From NCBI GenBank assembly GCA_964016885.1, contig OZ024740.1, positions 344,286,001-344,350,000 on the forward strand: a DNA stretch of 64,000 nt, written 5' to 3'. The first letter of the stretch is position 1, and each line of letters starts with the position of its first letter. The DNA comes from Eledone cirrhosa. Lineage: Eukaryota. This document shows positions 1-13,700 of this stretch, piece by piece. A model generated the notes under the pieces. That model was given only the letters and a program-made list of their open reading frames with translations. It was not told the origin of the DNA and did no database searches. Made by a program: the position numbers and the translations under genes.

Positions 1-34
<34 letters not shown>

Positions 35-929
35 ATTATAAAAAGTCTCCGCCCGACAACTATTCTTATAGTGGTTAGATAGCAAATGCAAATGAGAAGT
101 TTATCTGTTTGATTTAGATTCATTTAAGCCTATCTCTTTAAGGTGGAGCTCTGAGTTGGTTGGCGCAGATGAGGAGTGCTTTCAGGAAGTAGAACCGAAA
201 TCTGGAATAAAATAAAATTGACATCGGTCGTATTTGATCTCAGGGTCCAGAACAGTGAATCAAATATCGCAACTCATTTTATTCGATGCACTAGTGAGCT
301 TGCAAATATGCCACACAATCCAGGGATCATTGTTTCCTAATCGCCTTATCACATCTGAAAGAAAAGGAGAACCTACCCCAAAATAGAGAGCTGGAAATAG
401 CGATACTCTGCTAGTGGGAATTGAATACGGAAACAAATAATTGCTTTGGGAATACAAAAAATAGAAATTCAGTGAGTTAATAGTGATGCTTTTGAGCTGT
501 TGTTCGACTCGCCAAAAATAGCCGATAAACCTCCTTGAAATTATCATGTAGTGTCTTGAAAAAAAAAGTTAACGTTTTGGGTGTACACAACATTGGGAGG
601 GAGAAAAAAAGATTGGTTATGACTAGAATACAGAATGTCAATGAATATTGGACTGTTCAACTATGGTATGAAACATAACCAAAATACATAGGTTGGAAGG
701 CCTTACACTAGGATATAACATTTTCTTGTATATAATTTACAAACAATTTCAAACTCCTGCACACATATATACATACGGGCAGATTTCTTTTGTTATTGCT
801 TACTCGCTCATATTGATCTTTATGGTGATAATGGCAATCTTGTTGTGGTGGTAATGATAATTTTGATGATGATAAGTAGAATGTTGAGGGGGTGTATCTT
901 ACGCCACCGACGTTGATGATCGTGTTAAC

Positions 930-996
930 AATGATGATAAAGGTGATGGTGATGATGATGGTGATGATGATGATGGTTATGATGATAATGATGATG
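930..996. repeat. (GAT)n-rich microsatellite
   Basis: Imperfect GAT/GGT trinucleotide run. Confidence 0.9.
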
Positions 997-1704
997 CATG
1001 TCGCCTAGTAAGAAAGAACTATGAAATTTAAGAGGCAAAACACATCTGTACATCACGATTAATTAAAATTTGAAGTAAAAAAATAGGAAAGAAAAAAAAG
1101 TAAGAAAATGGGAAAATTGAAAAATGGTAGGTAACTTGTGAGAAAAAAATAGCTTACATGAAAGACATCAACTTGCACTGATGAAATAGAAAGTACATTT
1201 CTAATACGTAAACAAGTAATATATGTTGAAGTAAATAGCTCATTTATTAAATCACCCTTTAACTGAAATAATATAAACTCATTCTAAAGTCGTATTGTCT
1301 AAAATTAAAAGTTAAAATAGTTATCTTTATTTTGTTTAAACTCTGCTTTGCAATGATCGAATTGTCGTATAATCAAATATATTAATGTGTTCTTCATATC
1401 TTCATATCTTGCCATCCACATGTTTAAGAGATACAAATATTCATCTATCAGCCGAGGCATTTACGATTGGTATCAACCTTTCAATATTGCTCTATATCCG
1501 TGGCTATTCATTTTACCGTTCAGAATGTGGCGTAAATTATTCCAAAATAGGTAAATGCTCGAGTACATAGAAAAAAGGTAATCAAATCCGAGGGAGTGGT
1601 ATTAAATCTACTGACGCATTAGTTTTGTGAAGTAAAAAGAACGTAGAACTGCAATGAATAACGCAAGGCATATTTTCTGATGATCTAACAATATCGTCAA
1701 TCCA

Positions 1705-1830
1705 TAGTATCGAAACGTTGAAAAGCGAAGTTGACTTTGGCGGTATTTGATTTTGGGCACCAGAGAGCCAGAAAAAACACAGTAATCCTGCTGTCCAACT
1801 TTCTAACATTTCCGCCACTTCGGCAGTTTA
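1705..1830 (-). mobile_element. Old, diverged copy of tRNA-derived SINE (family A)
   Basis: gaaaagcgaagttgactttggcggtatttga aligns to the reverse complement of the SINE A B-box region (gaaaggcaaagttaacctcggcgggatttga). Confidence 0.45.
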
Positions 1831-2371
1831 AATACTTACTCATTTGTATGTAACAAGTAAAACACATCCCTTTCTGTAGGGGAATTTGTCTAAGAGGCTG
1901 ACGTGTGTTTTGTTAGCTTACTTTGCTGAATTCTACTCGCGCCGTGTCTTTATCTCATCGAGTAATTATTATGCGAACCTAAAGTGCATCAATGGCTACG
2001 TCAATGATTCCGTAAAATATGGATTTTGCCACTCAAATGTGGCCACACTAAATATCAGATTTTGGTAAAATAAGAATCTAAAATAACCTAGAGTCGTAGA
2101 TACCTGAGTCTATATATATATATATATATATATACATACAGACATATATATATATATAAACTCGAGTCCGGGAATCTTATAGGCACCCGATTTACGTGTG
2201 TTGTGTTGAGGCAAATAACTATGTGTATACTCTGGTAATGTATCTTACATTGCCCATTGAGTGCACTGAGATACAACCGGTACTAGCATTGATAAATATG
2301 CTGGGTCCGTCAACCCTTATTATTTATATATATATATATATATATATACAGAGAGAGAGAGTGTCTGAATG

Positions 2372-2507
2372 AGTCCAGAATTAGCCGTCGAAACGGCTTG
2401 AGCTCAGCCGTCGGGTCCTACTCGTTCCTATTACCCACTCTACTACCCTAAGTATTGAGTATTTTGGTGCGTTATGGTCCATCGGGTTCCTTACCACATA
2501 TCCTTCG

Positions 2508-2510
<3 letters not shown>
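2372..2510 (+). mobile_element. Repeat carrying the 3' half of a hammerhead ribozyme (pLTR/retrozyme-like), ending in (TA)n
   Basis: GAAAC-GGCT-tgagctc-AGCC-GTC^GGGTCC gives a perfect helix III plus a GUC site; near-identical copies at 59914-59975 and 60060-60217. Confidence 0.7.
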
Positions 2511-2567
<57 letters not shown>

Positions 2568-3332
2568 AATAATTCTAATTCTTTCCTTGAGTCTTAAAAT
2601 CCTGTCGGAGTCGTAGGATAGCATTTAAAACTTCATGAATCATATCATATTTCAGGTGATTAGTCCTGAGGAAAGAGAGAAAGAGCAAAATCAAGAAAGA
2701 GTGAGAGACATCTCAATACTTGACAGGTTCGTATTTTATCAATGCCTAGTGAATGAAACTCAAATTGACCTCTGAGCATATTGGCTAGATAGTCTTTTTG
2801 ACACCAACCAGTTTATCAAGTTTATTGGGTGCGTTATATAGTGGCGTATCGTATCCAATATAGACAGATTCCCTTCTTCTCTACAATACCATTCAGTACT
2901 GTTACTTTACCTAGATACTGAGCTTTTAAGACAAAGGTAACTGCAAGTTGGATTAGACGAGGTCTCAGACCATATATACATTGAGCATTTGGGAAAGGGA
3001 AGTTATAAATATTACTAACCTATCTATAGAGTTGCCCTGGCAAAATGAAGCAAAGAAATTTTATTCACGAAGAAAAAAGTGTTTTCTGTTGAGGATTATT
3101 TATTTTACTATCACCGTTATAGCCTTTCAAATAGACACGAATATCGCAATGTATTATCCTATTCTTCTAAAATTTCTATTTAGAAAATCTAAATGTCTGT
3201 AAGAAATCTATTATAAATAAAACTATGCATTTTGCTTGTTTCATGCCTAAAATGATACAACTAAAATGGTTCATATCCTGGCATATAAAAGATCAGTAGA
3301 GAAGTTAAGTGGAAGAGATATATTCTATACAC

Positions 3333-3494
3333 CAGGAATGGGTAACCTATTTCGAGCAGTCGGCCGCATAGGATGTGGATCACCACCACGGACTGTTCTA
3401 CTAAAATATTCAAGGCAAATCTGAAATTAGGCGTGCCATTCAGAAAACCAAACGGACAGTAAGCTGCTTGCAGGCCGCAGTTTGCCCATGACTA
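3333..3494. mobile_element. Decayed hAT-type MITE
   Basis: Imperfect TIRs caggaatgggtaacct / agtttgcccatgacta resemble hAT CAGGGGTGGGCAAAC ends; no clean 8-bp TSD. Confidence 0.5.
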
Positions 3495-4204
3495 TGTATA
3501 AACTACATCTAACGCTGTAGTGACTTCATCAAGCAAGGATCTGTATTCTGATTCTCTTTTTCGCGCTTAAACTTTGCTCACCACAGAAACATTTTTTTCC
3601 GCCTACGATTCAAGAGGCAAATCGTCCCTTCCAATGGGTCCATTCCAATACACATTCTGACAACTGGGGGCTTCAGGTAATAAACAACCGCCACACAGTG
3701 TCATTGATTACAACTCTGATATTATCACTCCTCAGTTCACAACTATTGGCTGGAATTAGATAGTTGCATTTATATTTAATGAATTGTTATACTTCAGTGT
3801 GCAAATATGCAATAAAGGCATTGTGGCCGTGATTTTTCATTACTGTAGCGAACTCAGGACTACACTTTATTATCTAATTTTAATTTTGGTAAAAATTATA
3901 AAATTTTTTTTCTTTTTTGTACGTACACGAGGTGTAAAATGTGATACATTAAGCATGTGAAAGGACAATGTAGACTGGTTCGACTATGAGTAGGTCTTAT
4001 ATATAAGTACAAATACGTGTGGAAATTTGTGGATTGTATTTATTCAATATAGGGCCTATATGATTTGCAGACCTAGATTGTAGGCTCGATACAGCTTATG
4101 TTCAGTTTGAACTTGATGCATGTAAAGAGAAAGGCAAACAGAGAGATAAAACAATGCCCGACAGAATTTCCGCTGGGGCCATGTGCTCAGTACAAGATGG
4201 CTGT

Positions 4205-4530
4205 GTTTATTGTTGTTTAGTAACAGCTAATTTCTAAACGAGCAGACCTATAATCATAGTTATTTCATCAGCGATTATCTAGCATTGTTTACAAACATAA
4301 GAGTGTATATTTTTCAATGTGTTCTTGCTGAATTTTGCAGTTGCTTTTTAGGCTGAGATCCTCTGAAGCAGTGCTATAGTGAAATGCATTCCAGGCATAA
4401 CCATCCTAACATCTTTTTTTTAATTTAGCGAAACTTATGTAAAGCTCATACAATAAGGCGTATCTTTTTAACATTTTGGAGTTATGATTCGTGAGGAATG
4501 TGGCTGCTATTTTTAAAATACGAAGTGCCC
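4205..4530 (+). repeat. Old interspersed repeat (family C)
   Basis: Motifs gagcagaccta..atca, gcattccag.cat.accatcc and tggctgctattt recur in diverged form near 50120-50310 (-), 51820-51955 (+), 52825-52890 (+) and 57095-57140 (-). Confidence 0.5.
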
Positions 4531-4958
4531 GAAAAGAATCACTACCTCTGGTTCATATATGGCAGGAGTACCTTGGTTATACACGGCAACACATTTAAAA
4601 TGAAGGAGCGTTCGCACTAGTTAATAATAGTATAGGCATGTTGGGGAAGGATACAATATAACGGTTTGCTTCAGAGGTAAAGAGTTCCTAAAAAAATTTT
4701 GGTAATCATTTGGACGAACAATTTATCAACCATTGAGTCAATTTCTAAATTGTCATCGCTATTTAATCAATATTGAAATTAATATCGATTATTATATACG
4801 TTTCAATATTTCAGTAATTAAGTGTATATACATAAGCTAGAGAATGATTCTGATGAATACATGTCTTGATAGTGTGTAAAAGTCCTATAGTATATACATG
4901 TATGCATGTATGTATGTATGTATGTATGTATGTATGTATGTATGTACGTATGGGTGTA

Positions 4959-5280
4959 TGTTCTTCTTTTTGGTAAATATCATCTTGGTTAAGAGAGTGG
5001 GACTGGCTTTGTGCAGTGCCTTTGCTCACTATAAAAGCTTCACGGCACAGGCATTGCTTTGTATCTGGAGATCTCTCTGGACTTGACGTCACATGATACC
5101 TTGGGCCCAGCACTATGTGCCAATAATTGTCACAAGTGTAGTGTTTGTACCAGAGTTTTCAAGTCGCTGGCTGGACTAAAAAGTCACACTCGTTCAGCGC
5201 ATCGGTAGGGGTTCTCCTACATGGATATAAAGTAGTGGCCGTACTCGAAAACGAGTTGGCAGCCACCATGTATGTATGTA
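4959..5280 (+). mobile_element. Non-autonomous bipartite RTE derivative (5'UTR fused to 3' end), 5'-truncated
   Basis: 4959-5085 matches 5545-5672 and 5090-5268 matches 8446-8623 of the adjacent LINE; (TATG)n on both sides; same junction as 60492-61060. Confidence 0.85.
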
Positions 5281-8200
5281 TCCCAGTACAATCTGTCCCA
5301 TGGTCGGGTCATTGGCGACTAAACTGGCAACCACACCAAGGTTTCTTGGTGAGGAGGGTGACTTTGGACATCCTGCAGGACTAAAAGCAAAACCTGTCAA
5401 ATGGCAAAGGAGCTCTTAAGAGTCAATGGCCATCCAAATTCACCGGGAGAGATGACCCCTTAGCCTTTGTTAAGGCAAAATTCTAGGAGAAGGAAAACTG
5501 TGTTATAACACCTGCAACTCTGATGGTATCCAATGATGTTGACTTGTTCTTCTTTTTGGTAAATATCATCTTGGTTAAGAGAGTGGTACTGGCTTTGTGC
5601 AGTGCCTTTGCTCACTATAAAAGCTTCATGGCACAGGTATTGCTTTATATCTGGAGATCTCTCTGCACTTGTCATCTTGATGTGGAACTCTGGCTGGCCG
5701 TAGCCTAAAAAGGCAAACTACATTACAATGAAGGTACCTAACACAATTGAAGTAAATGGCAATAAGGGCTCTGGATCAGCATCATGTGAAAGGGTATGGC
5801 CCGGCAGGTGTCCCAGGGCGCCCCAGTTTGGGTCGTCATCAGTCTGGGTGCTGGAATGTGCGTGCTTTGCTTGATATTGAAACAAATGTACAGCGACCTG
5901 AAAGAAGATCGACATTGGTTGCCAAGGAGCTCAGGCGTTATGATATGGATGTTGTGGCCCTCTCAGAAACTCGATTTCATGGTGAGGGCCATTTCACAGA
6001 GAAATCCGGTGGATATACGTTTCTCTGGAGGGGAATCACTTCCGAAACGGCTGAGCGTTGGCCCTCTGAAGGATCCTGAAGTCAGAGAAAATCTGGTTAA
6101 AAAGATGGATGCGTTAGAGTGCGGAAATGACTGGACTTCCTTTAAGGAGGCAGTTTATAGGGCATGTGCTGATGTTGTTGGATTCACGGATAAGAAGCAT
6201 CAGGACTGGTTTGACTAAAATGACAAGCTTATAGACAAGCTTTTGGAGGAGAAACATATGCTCCACTCCGCTTTGCTTGGTAGTGATTTAAGCACCGATC
6301 GGCAGAAGGCAATCGCTGATAAGCTGAAGCTCGTAAAAGCTGATGTGCAACGAAAATTGCGTGAAATGAAGAATAAGTGGTGGAATTTCAAAGCCGGTAA
6401 AATACAACTTGCGTCGGATGTGAAGGACGTTAAGGCAATGTATACTCTTCTTTGTGAAGTGTATGGACCACCTACATCACCAGTTGCGCCTCTTAGGACA
6501 AAGGGTGGCAATCAGCTCCTTAGAGATCCCAATGATATCCTGAGGAGATGGCGGGAACACTTTGACGAGCTTCTCAATAGGGATTCAGAGGTTGACGAAG
6601 AGTTTATCAGGTCTATACCTGATAAGCCAGTAAAGGAAATCCTTGCTGAGCCTCCAACAATCGAGGAGGTTAAAAGTGCTGTCTGGAGACTCAATGGTGG
6701 GAAGTCGCCTGGATTGGATGGGCTGTATGCTGAGATCTTGAAGCATGGCGGAGAGAATCTCTTGCACCGACTTCATTCTTTGGTTCTGGATGCCTGGAAC
6801 AACAATCATGTTCCCGATGACTGGAATGATGCTGTGATGGTTGTTTTGTATAAGGGAACTATCGTGGGATATCACTGTTGTCTATTGTCGGCAAAGTTCT
6901 CTGTAGAATTCTGTTGGACCGTTTATTGCTGATGAAGCTCTACCAGAGTCGCAATCGGGCTTTCGGGATGGACGTGGCACTGTGGACATGATCTTTACAG
7001 CCAGACAACTGCAGGAAAGGTGTGTTGAGCCGAATGTGGATATCTACCAGGTGTTTGTTGATCTGACAAAGGCGTTTGACACGGTCAACAGAAAGGCTTT
7101 ATGGGATATCTTGAGGAACCTGCGGTGCTCTGAGAAGTTTGTTTCAATTTTGCGTTTGTTTTATGATGACATGAAGGCATGGGGAATGTTGGTGGAAAGA
7201 TCTCTGAGCCGGTGACGGTCGAGAATGGAGTCAAACAGGGTGACATTCCAGCTCCAACGCTCTTTGCTTTGTACTTCTCCATTGTCTTCGAACAGGCCTT
7301 CGTGAACTGCAATCATGGTATATATGTTCGCTATCGATCAACTGGAAAGGTGTTTAATATCAGGAGGTTCAATGCTAAGTCAAAGGTTCACTTGTCACTA
7401 ATCAAGGATTTGCTTTATGCAGATGACTGTGACCTGGTAGCGTACACGGAGATTGATATGCAGCATCTCATGGAAGCATTTTCTAATGCGTGTACTGCAT
7501 TGGAACTTACCATAAGCCTAAAAAAGACAGTAGCCATGTACCAACCAGCCATGTTGTGAGCCCAACATCTTGGTTTATGGTGAAAGGCTAAGGGTCGTTG
7601 GCAGTTTTGTATATCTTGGAAGAACTCTGAGTATGTCGTGCGATCTTGATGGGGAAATATCAAACAGAATACAGAAAGCCAGTGCTTTTGGAAAACTGAA
7701 CAAGCGTCTCTGGTCTCAACGCGGAATTTCGGTAAAGACAAAGCTCAAAGTGTATCATGCGTGTGTGCTGGCGGCACTTATTTATGCTTGTGAGACGTGG
7801 GTGGTCTACCGTAGACAGATAAAGCGACTTGAGAGGTTACACCAGTACTGATTACGTCGGATCCTGGGCATAACTTGGCAAATGTTTGTCAGTGACGTCT
7901 GGACAGAAGTGGCTGTGATAGTGACGAGTCCTTGATTTTGAAACATCAGCTGCGCTGGACAGGACATCTTGTAAGGATGAATGACAATCGAATGCCGAAG
8001 CAGCTGCTTTATGACGAGCTCCAAATGGGAAAAAGGAACGCGAGCAAACCCAAGATGCGTTTAAAGGACAGCATCAAGGGGGCGCTCAAGAAAAGTAACA
8101 TCCCTTGTGAGAACTGGAAAGCATGCGCTAGCGACCGATCGCATTGGAGGAAAGAAGTGGCTGGTGGAAAGAGTCTATTTAAGGAAACAAGAAGAAGGCA

Positions 8201-8632
8201 CGCGACACTAAAAGGAGATGTCCGGAAAGGAGTCCATGTTGGCCTTCCCTAAGGCACTGACAGACGGCTTCACCTGACATGTGAGACCTGTAATAGGGTT
8301 TGTCTGAGCATGGCAAGTCTAAAGAGCGTGCACAAGAACAGGGAAGCAGGCACCTGTGGAGCTATAAGTGTTCATCAGACGACGACATGTAATGTTTGTG
8401 GAAGGGTATTTAGGTCGAGTAGTGATCTCACACGATACCTTGGGTACATGGTACCATGGGTCCAGCACTAGGTGTCAATAATTGTCACAAGTGTAGTGTT
8501 TGTACCAGAGTTTTCAAGTCGCTGGCTGGTCTAAAAAGCCACACTCGTTCAGCGCATCTGTAGGGGTTCTCCTACATGGATATAATGTAGTGGCCGTACT
8601 CGAAAACGAGTTGGCAGCCACCATGTATGTAT
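5281..8632 (+). mobile_element. RTE-clade (BovB-like) LINE with both ends present, decayed
   Basis: 5'UTR, AP-endonuclease start, RT, C-terminal zinc fingers, 3' stem-loop ctcg-aaaa-cgag and (TGTA) tail. Confidence 0.95.
5756..8560 (+). pseudogene. Disrupted RTE ORF (APE fragment + reverse transcriptase + three C2H2-like fingers)
   Basis: WNVRxL, ALSETR, GYTFLWRG (then most of the endonuclease is deleted near 6035), HQDWFD, KSPGLDG, FVDLTKAFDTVNR, GVKQG, LYADD (7416), LRWTGHLVRM, CETCNRVC, CNVCGRVF, CSVCTRVFKSLAGLKSHTRSAH; several frameshifts and stops. Confidence 0.95.
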
Positions 8633-8639
8633 ATATCTT

Positions 8640-8918
8640 CCCTCTCTGACTGTCTGACTTTCTCCATTTGTTTATATATATTTCCAAAATGGCTGACTAA
8701 ATACACACCTATATTTCTCTAAAATAAGGTTTTCTCTGTTCATTCCTATTCTCACTCAATATCTTTTTATTTCATCTTTTACTTTTTATTCATTTTCTGA
8801 TGAAGGATTTGAGTCCGAACATTTAAGATACATTTCATACTATAACAAGCGTTAAACTGATATATTTCCTCATTGTAGTGTGCCGTTTGCTTTGTTATTT
8901 CTGTTTAATTTTTGTATA
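8640..8918 (+). mobile_element. Penelope-type pLTR fragment with degenerate minimal hammerhead (8794-8830)
   Basis: ctgatga-a-gga-tttgag-tcc-gaac (one A of GAAA missing); downstream caagcgttaaactgatata resembles caagcgtgaacctaatata after the HHR at 39077. Confidence 0.5.
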
Positions 8919-9639
8919 CATATGCAGAAATATTTATACAGAGTGGTCCAAAAGTAACTAGAAATATACATATGTGTTAGTGTGTGTATGCGTGTATGTG
9001 TGAGTGTTTGTGTGTATGTATGTGCATGCGTGTGTGTGATATCGGAAATTTAACATTTAAAGAAACCGCAGTGTGAATGTACAAAAATTAGTTTTAAATA
9101 TCTTCGGCAATAAAGTCTCGCGGAAGAAAATCTTTGTAACAATTAAATAAAGGAAACATGATGAAAAATATAATGGATTGATCTTAAAAAAAAAAAAAAA
9201 GGTACGAAATTTTGAGAGTTACAGAAAGATATATGGAAAGATACAGTAATATAAAGATACAAAGGTAGCAAGAGGAGGGATTATGGTGAAGAGAAAACGT
9301 GTAAGGTGAGGAAAGTTGTGAGGGAATGGGTAAGAAGGGAAGAGAAATGTGTGTGTAATTAAGTAATTAAACAAGGAAGCATGTATGGAATCAAAGAGGT
9401 GTCGAAACAAAAGAAATAAAAGCAATTGTGTGTTGTTTTGATTGATATCCAATTATTACTTCTGTTCTTCTTTGTTTTCCTTCCATTATTTGTTTACAAG
9501 ATGAAAACTATGAGTGTAATGTGTGCATGAAAGTGTAAGTGGGGGTTTGAATTACCACTTCCTCATTTACGTCCCATCATCAACCTCCTTCCTCACCTTC
9601 TACTACTGCTGATTACTATTATTGTCATTGTCGGCGTCT

Positions 9640-9692
9640 TCGTTGTTGTTGTTGTTGTGGTTGTGGTCGTTGCTGTTGCTGTTGTTGTTGTT

Positions 9693-9773
<81 letters not shown>

Positions 9774-9800
9774 GTTATTATTATTATTATTATTGTTATC
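9640..9800. repeat. (GTT)n/(TAT)n microsatellite
   Basis: Long trinucleotide run. Confidence 0.95.
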
Positions 9801-10429
9801 GTCTGTTTCTATTCTGCTACTACTTTTCTTTGTTCTTCCATTCAACAAATAGCTATTGCGAATTTTCTCTCTTTTTTTTTTGTTTTGTTTGGTTTACATT
9901 GTGTTAATGTTTGTTTTTATGGTAGTGATTATTTTTTTTTAAATGTCACTGTTTGTATATTATCTGTCACTGTCCTTGCCTGCGTGTGCATCCTTGGTTA
10001 AATGTCTTCGTGCTTTTGTATATGTGTGACTATATGTATATTTGTGTATTTCAGTATGTATATGTGTGCATGTGTATTTTTGTTTGTATACGTGGATTGA
10101 TGTTCAAGTGTATGCATATGTGTATATGTATATTTAACTATTTGTCTGTCTACAATATATATTTAGCATATGGGTGCGCGTGTTATGTATATGCACATCT
10201 GCACTTTTACTGTTTAATAAAGAAAACCAACATGGTGTTTTTGTGTTATATATATTTTTATAGTTCGCCTATTGTTCTTTTATAATTCCATATCATTTTA
10301 TTATATTAGGCAATCAATATAAAACAAAAATATACATACAAGAAGCACAAACTTATATACTTACATATATATGCATACATGTAAATTCGTGTATGTATGT
10401 ACATATAAATGTATGCCTATCTGTCTGTT

Positions 10430-10968
<539 letters not shown>

Positions 10969-11161
10969 ATATGGGTTTGAAGAATACTGCTGGTTGCACA
11001 TGGATAACATGTTATAAAATGAGTCCCTCATCAGTGATTTACCAAATGATCATGGGTATTTCATCGCATTAAAAATCATATACCTCACGTTGGAGCGATA
11101 ATAACTAAAATAAGTTATTAGGACAATAGAAACGCGTAAAGTGAGTGAGACAAGTAAACAG

Positions 11162-11224
<63 letters not shown>

Positions 11225-11728
11225 AGGTGGAACCTCCGTTTTAGTAATCGTTTATTTATTGTATAATATATCGTCATAATCATAATCTTCATATTAGTGT
11301 TATAAATGTTATTTTTATCGACTTTGTAATCATTCATTGTTTACAGATATTTTCCTTTCTTTATACATTTTCTCCTTTTCTTTCTTATTCCTCATGTGTA
11401 ATTAATAATCATTTTATTTTTTTAATCCTGTTATACAAATAATTAATAATTTTTCAATACAATTGCCAAGGGCCTTTTAAGTTGAAGGAAATTTCCTGAA
11501 GAAGGCTGCTGAGAACAACATTGTAATTTATAAATTTTGCCGATGGCTTTTACACAGGACTAAAAGACAGAAAAAGTAAAGAAAGAAAAAAGATATGAAT
11601 GAACATTGAAAGTGTGTAATAGAAGAAAGGCAGAGAGAAAGGAAGGAAAAAACGATGAAAGGAAAGTAGGACTATTTTATGTTTTGGTGAAGTATAATAT
11701 ATACAGACATACGTACGTACATACATAC

Positions 11729-12716
11729 TTAACTGATTGACAAAAGAGATAGGGGTGCAGGCGAAACACATAGATGCGACAACAAATGCAGACACAGCAG
11801 AGTTAATATCGAAGATGTCATCCATGTCATAAGCAGCTGTCCAAAGATGTCATCACGGTACTATCTATCTATGAGGCATGATGTAGTGGTCAAAACACTG
11901 TACGGTGCAATCCGTAGAAAAGATAGCGACGACAACAAACACATTAAAAGTTCCAGCAATGTGGAAGGCATACATATACATAATATGAAAGACTACTGGT
12001 GGAATCTTCCAGTCAAAACCCTAATGCAATTCAGGCTTTACAGACCAGATATAATGATATGAGAAAGGGAAAAGAAGGCATGCACAGTGGTAGAAGTTAG
12101 TTGCCCAGAAGATGTTAATATAATATTAAAGTTATCAAGAAGGTGAATATATATGCAGAACTAATGAGAAATCTACAGATACTCCATCCTGACTATATCT
12201 TCAGATTTATGCCTGTGATTGTTGGGGCACTGGGTTATGTTAATAAATGCGTCAGTACAAATCTTGAGAAGCTGGGTTTCACAGAAACAGAAATAAAGTG
12301 ATTGGTTAGGAAATTACAAGTACAATCCATTAATAGAACAGTAAAATTATGTAAAACATTCCAAAAATTCTTCATCTAATAACTGTTTCTACTTTTGGCA
12401 CAAGGCCAGCTATTATTCCAGTGCATTACTGGTACTTTATTTTATCGACCCCGTAAGGATGAAAGGCAAAGTTAACCTCGGCGGGATTTGAACTCAGATC
12501 ATAAAGGGAGGTAACTCTATGCTTCAAAGCATGGCGTCCGACCCTTACCGATACTGCCAATCCACCGCCCTTACTCTAATAACGCCATGTACAAAGCATG
12601 CACATGCACATTTATACCTCAAAACATACGAGATCCGAATGGTAATACTGAAGCAACATCTTCAGCAGAATAAAAAGTCAGCAACCATCTTGCCCAGGTC
12701 TATGAGAGGTCTATGA
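11729..12716 (+). mobile_element. R4/Dong-type non-LTR retrotransposon 3' fragment (zinc knuckle + restriction-like endonuclease + 3'UTR), interrupted by a SINE
   Basis: KCR..EDVIHVISSC, RHD, WWN, RPDI, VVEVSCP.D, PVIVGALG, KLCKTF; stop at 12377-12379; starts after a (CATA)-like repeat. Confidence 0.8.
12384..12574 (-). mobile_element. tRNA-derived SINE (family A)
   Basis: Full consensus with A-box (TGGCAGTATCGG) and B-box (GAGTTCAAATCC); TSD tctaataac. Confidence 0.9.
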
Positions 12717-12728
12717 GCATGAAGGAAA

Positions 12729-12908
12729 TAATTGTTTCTACTTTTGGCACAAGGCCAGCAGTTATCCCAGTGTATTACTGGTACTTTATTTCATCGACCC
12801 CTTAAGGCAAAGTTAACCTTGGCGCGATTTGAACTCAGATCATAGAGTGCCCTAACTCTTTGCTGCAAAGCATTGCGTCCGACCTTCTACTGATATTGCC
12901 AATCCACC
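12729..12908 (-). mobile_element. tRNA-derived SINE (family A)
   Basis: Consensus match; 12-bp TSD gcatgaaggaaa at 12717-12728 and 12909-12920. Confidence 0.9.
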
Positions 12909-12920
12909 GCATGAAGGAAA

Positions 12921-13256
12921 ACAAGCTACCCACTTGACGTCAACGTTGAATGAAAAATACAATAGAAGGAGGACATCTACGAACCATTGATGAGGTGTTT
13001 GCAGATCCAGTATCTAAGGTACACTTTCAGCTTCATACCCATCATTATTGGAGCTACAGTTTATATACCAATTCGCTTGGACCAAAGTATGGCTGAACTT
13101 GGATTTGTGGACAAAGAGCATAGTTCCCTAATTCATAGAGTACAAATGGTTGCGACACCTGACATCTTCAAAATTTGCAAAACATTTTTGCGATTGAAGG
13201 GATGACAATTTCCTTTCTTTTACAACCTTAACACCAGGAAGGTGGCCGGTCAAAAA
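12921..13256 (+). mobile_element. Second R4/Dong-type 3' fragment
   Basis: SYPLDVN..KEDIYEPLMRCLQ..FIPIIIGA..LGF..KICKTFL; 3'UTR end caccaggaaggtggccggtcaaaa is also present inverted at 63975-64000. Confidence 0.75.
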
Positions 13257-13339
13257 TGTACGCGTTTTTAAGCGAAAGAGAAACATACATACACACATAC
13301 ATACACATATACATGCGCGCGCGCTCACACACACGCATC

Positions 13340-13700
13340 TCATCGACATGAGGGCCAACTCATTCCAGCTGACGTGCGGGTAACTGAATATTTCACAATA
13401 ATGCGCAACCATAACTCAATTTTCAGGGAGATTCTGCGTGACAGAATGTGTTCAAAGCCGGATCCTGTAAATCACAGGTATCGACAGTCGATGGACTTTC
13501 GTAAAATCGGACTGAGTAAACAATGTTTCCGTTGGTCTTTCCATATGCTAATACTCTCCATCGGTCGCAATTTCGGCTATAAGGATCAATGTGAAACAAA
13601 GTGTCTTGCTCAAGGACATAAAGCATCACCCAGTCCAGGAACCGAACTCACAACCTCACGATTGCGAATCCAATTATGTTACCGCTCAACCACACACCTT
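13340..13700 (-). mobile_element. tRNA-derived SINE (family B, CORE/V-like central motif)
   Basis: Reverse complement of 40139-40353, including gtccttgagcaagacac and the ggaaacattgttt body. Confidence 0.75.

Noticed and set aside
1673-1724. Apparent minimal hammerhead (ttttCTGATGA..cGAAACGTT^gaaa)
   Set aside because: No convincing helix II, and the cgaaacgttgaaaagc part aligns with a decayed SINE A segment.
11015-11045. CTGATGAGGG core on the minus strand
   Set aside because: No GAAA or helix III downstream; at best a remnant.
11494-11560. CTGAAGA-AGGC..GCC-GATGG hammerhead-like string
   Set aside because: GAAA replaced and helix III absent; too degenerate to call.
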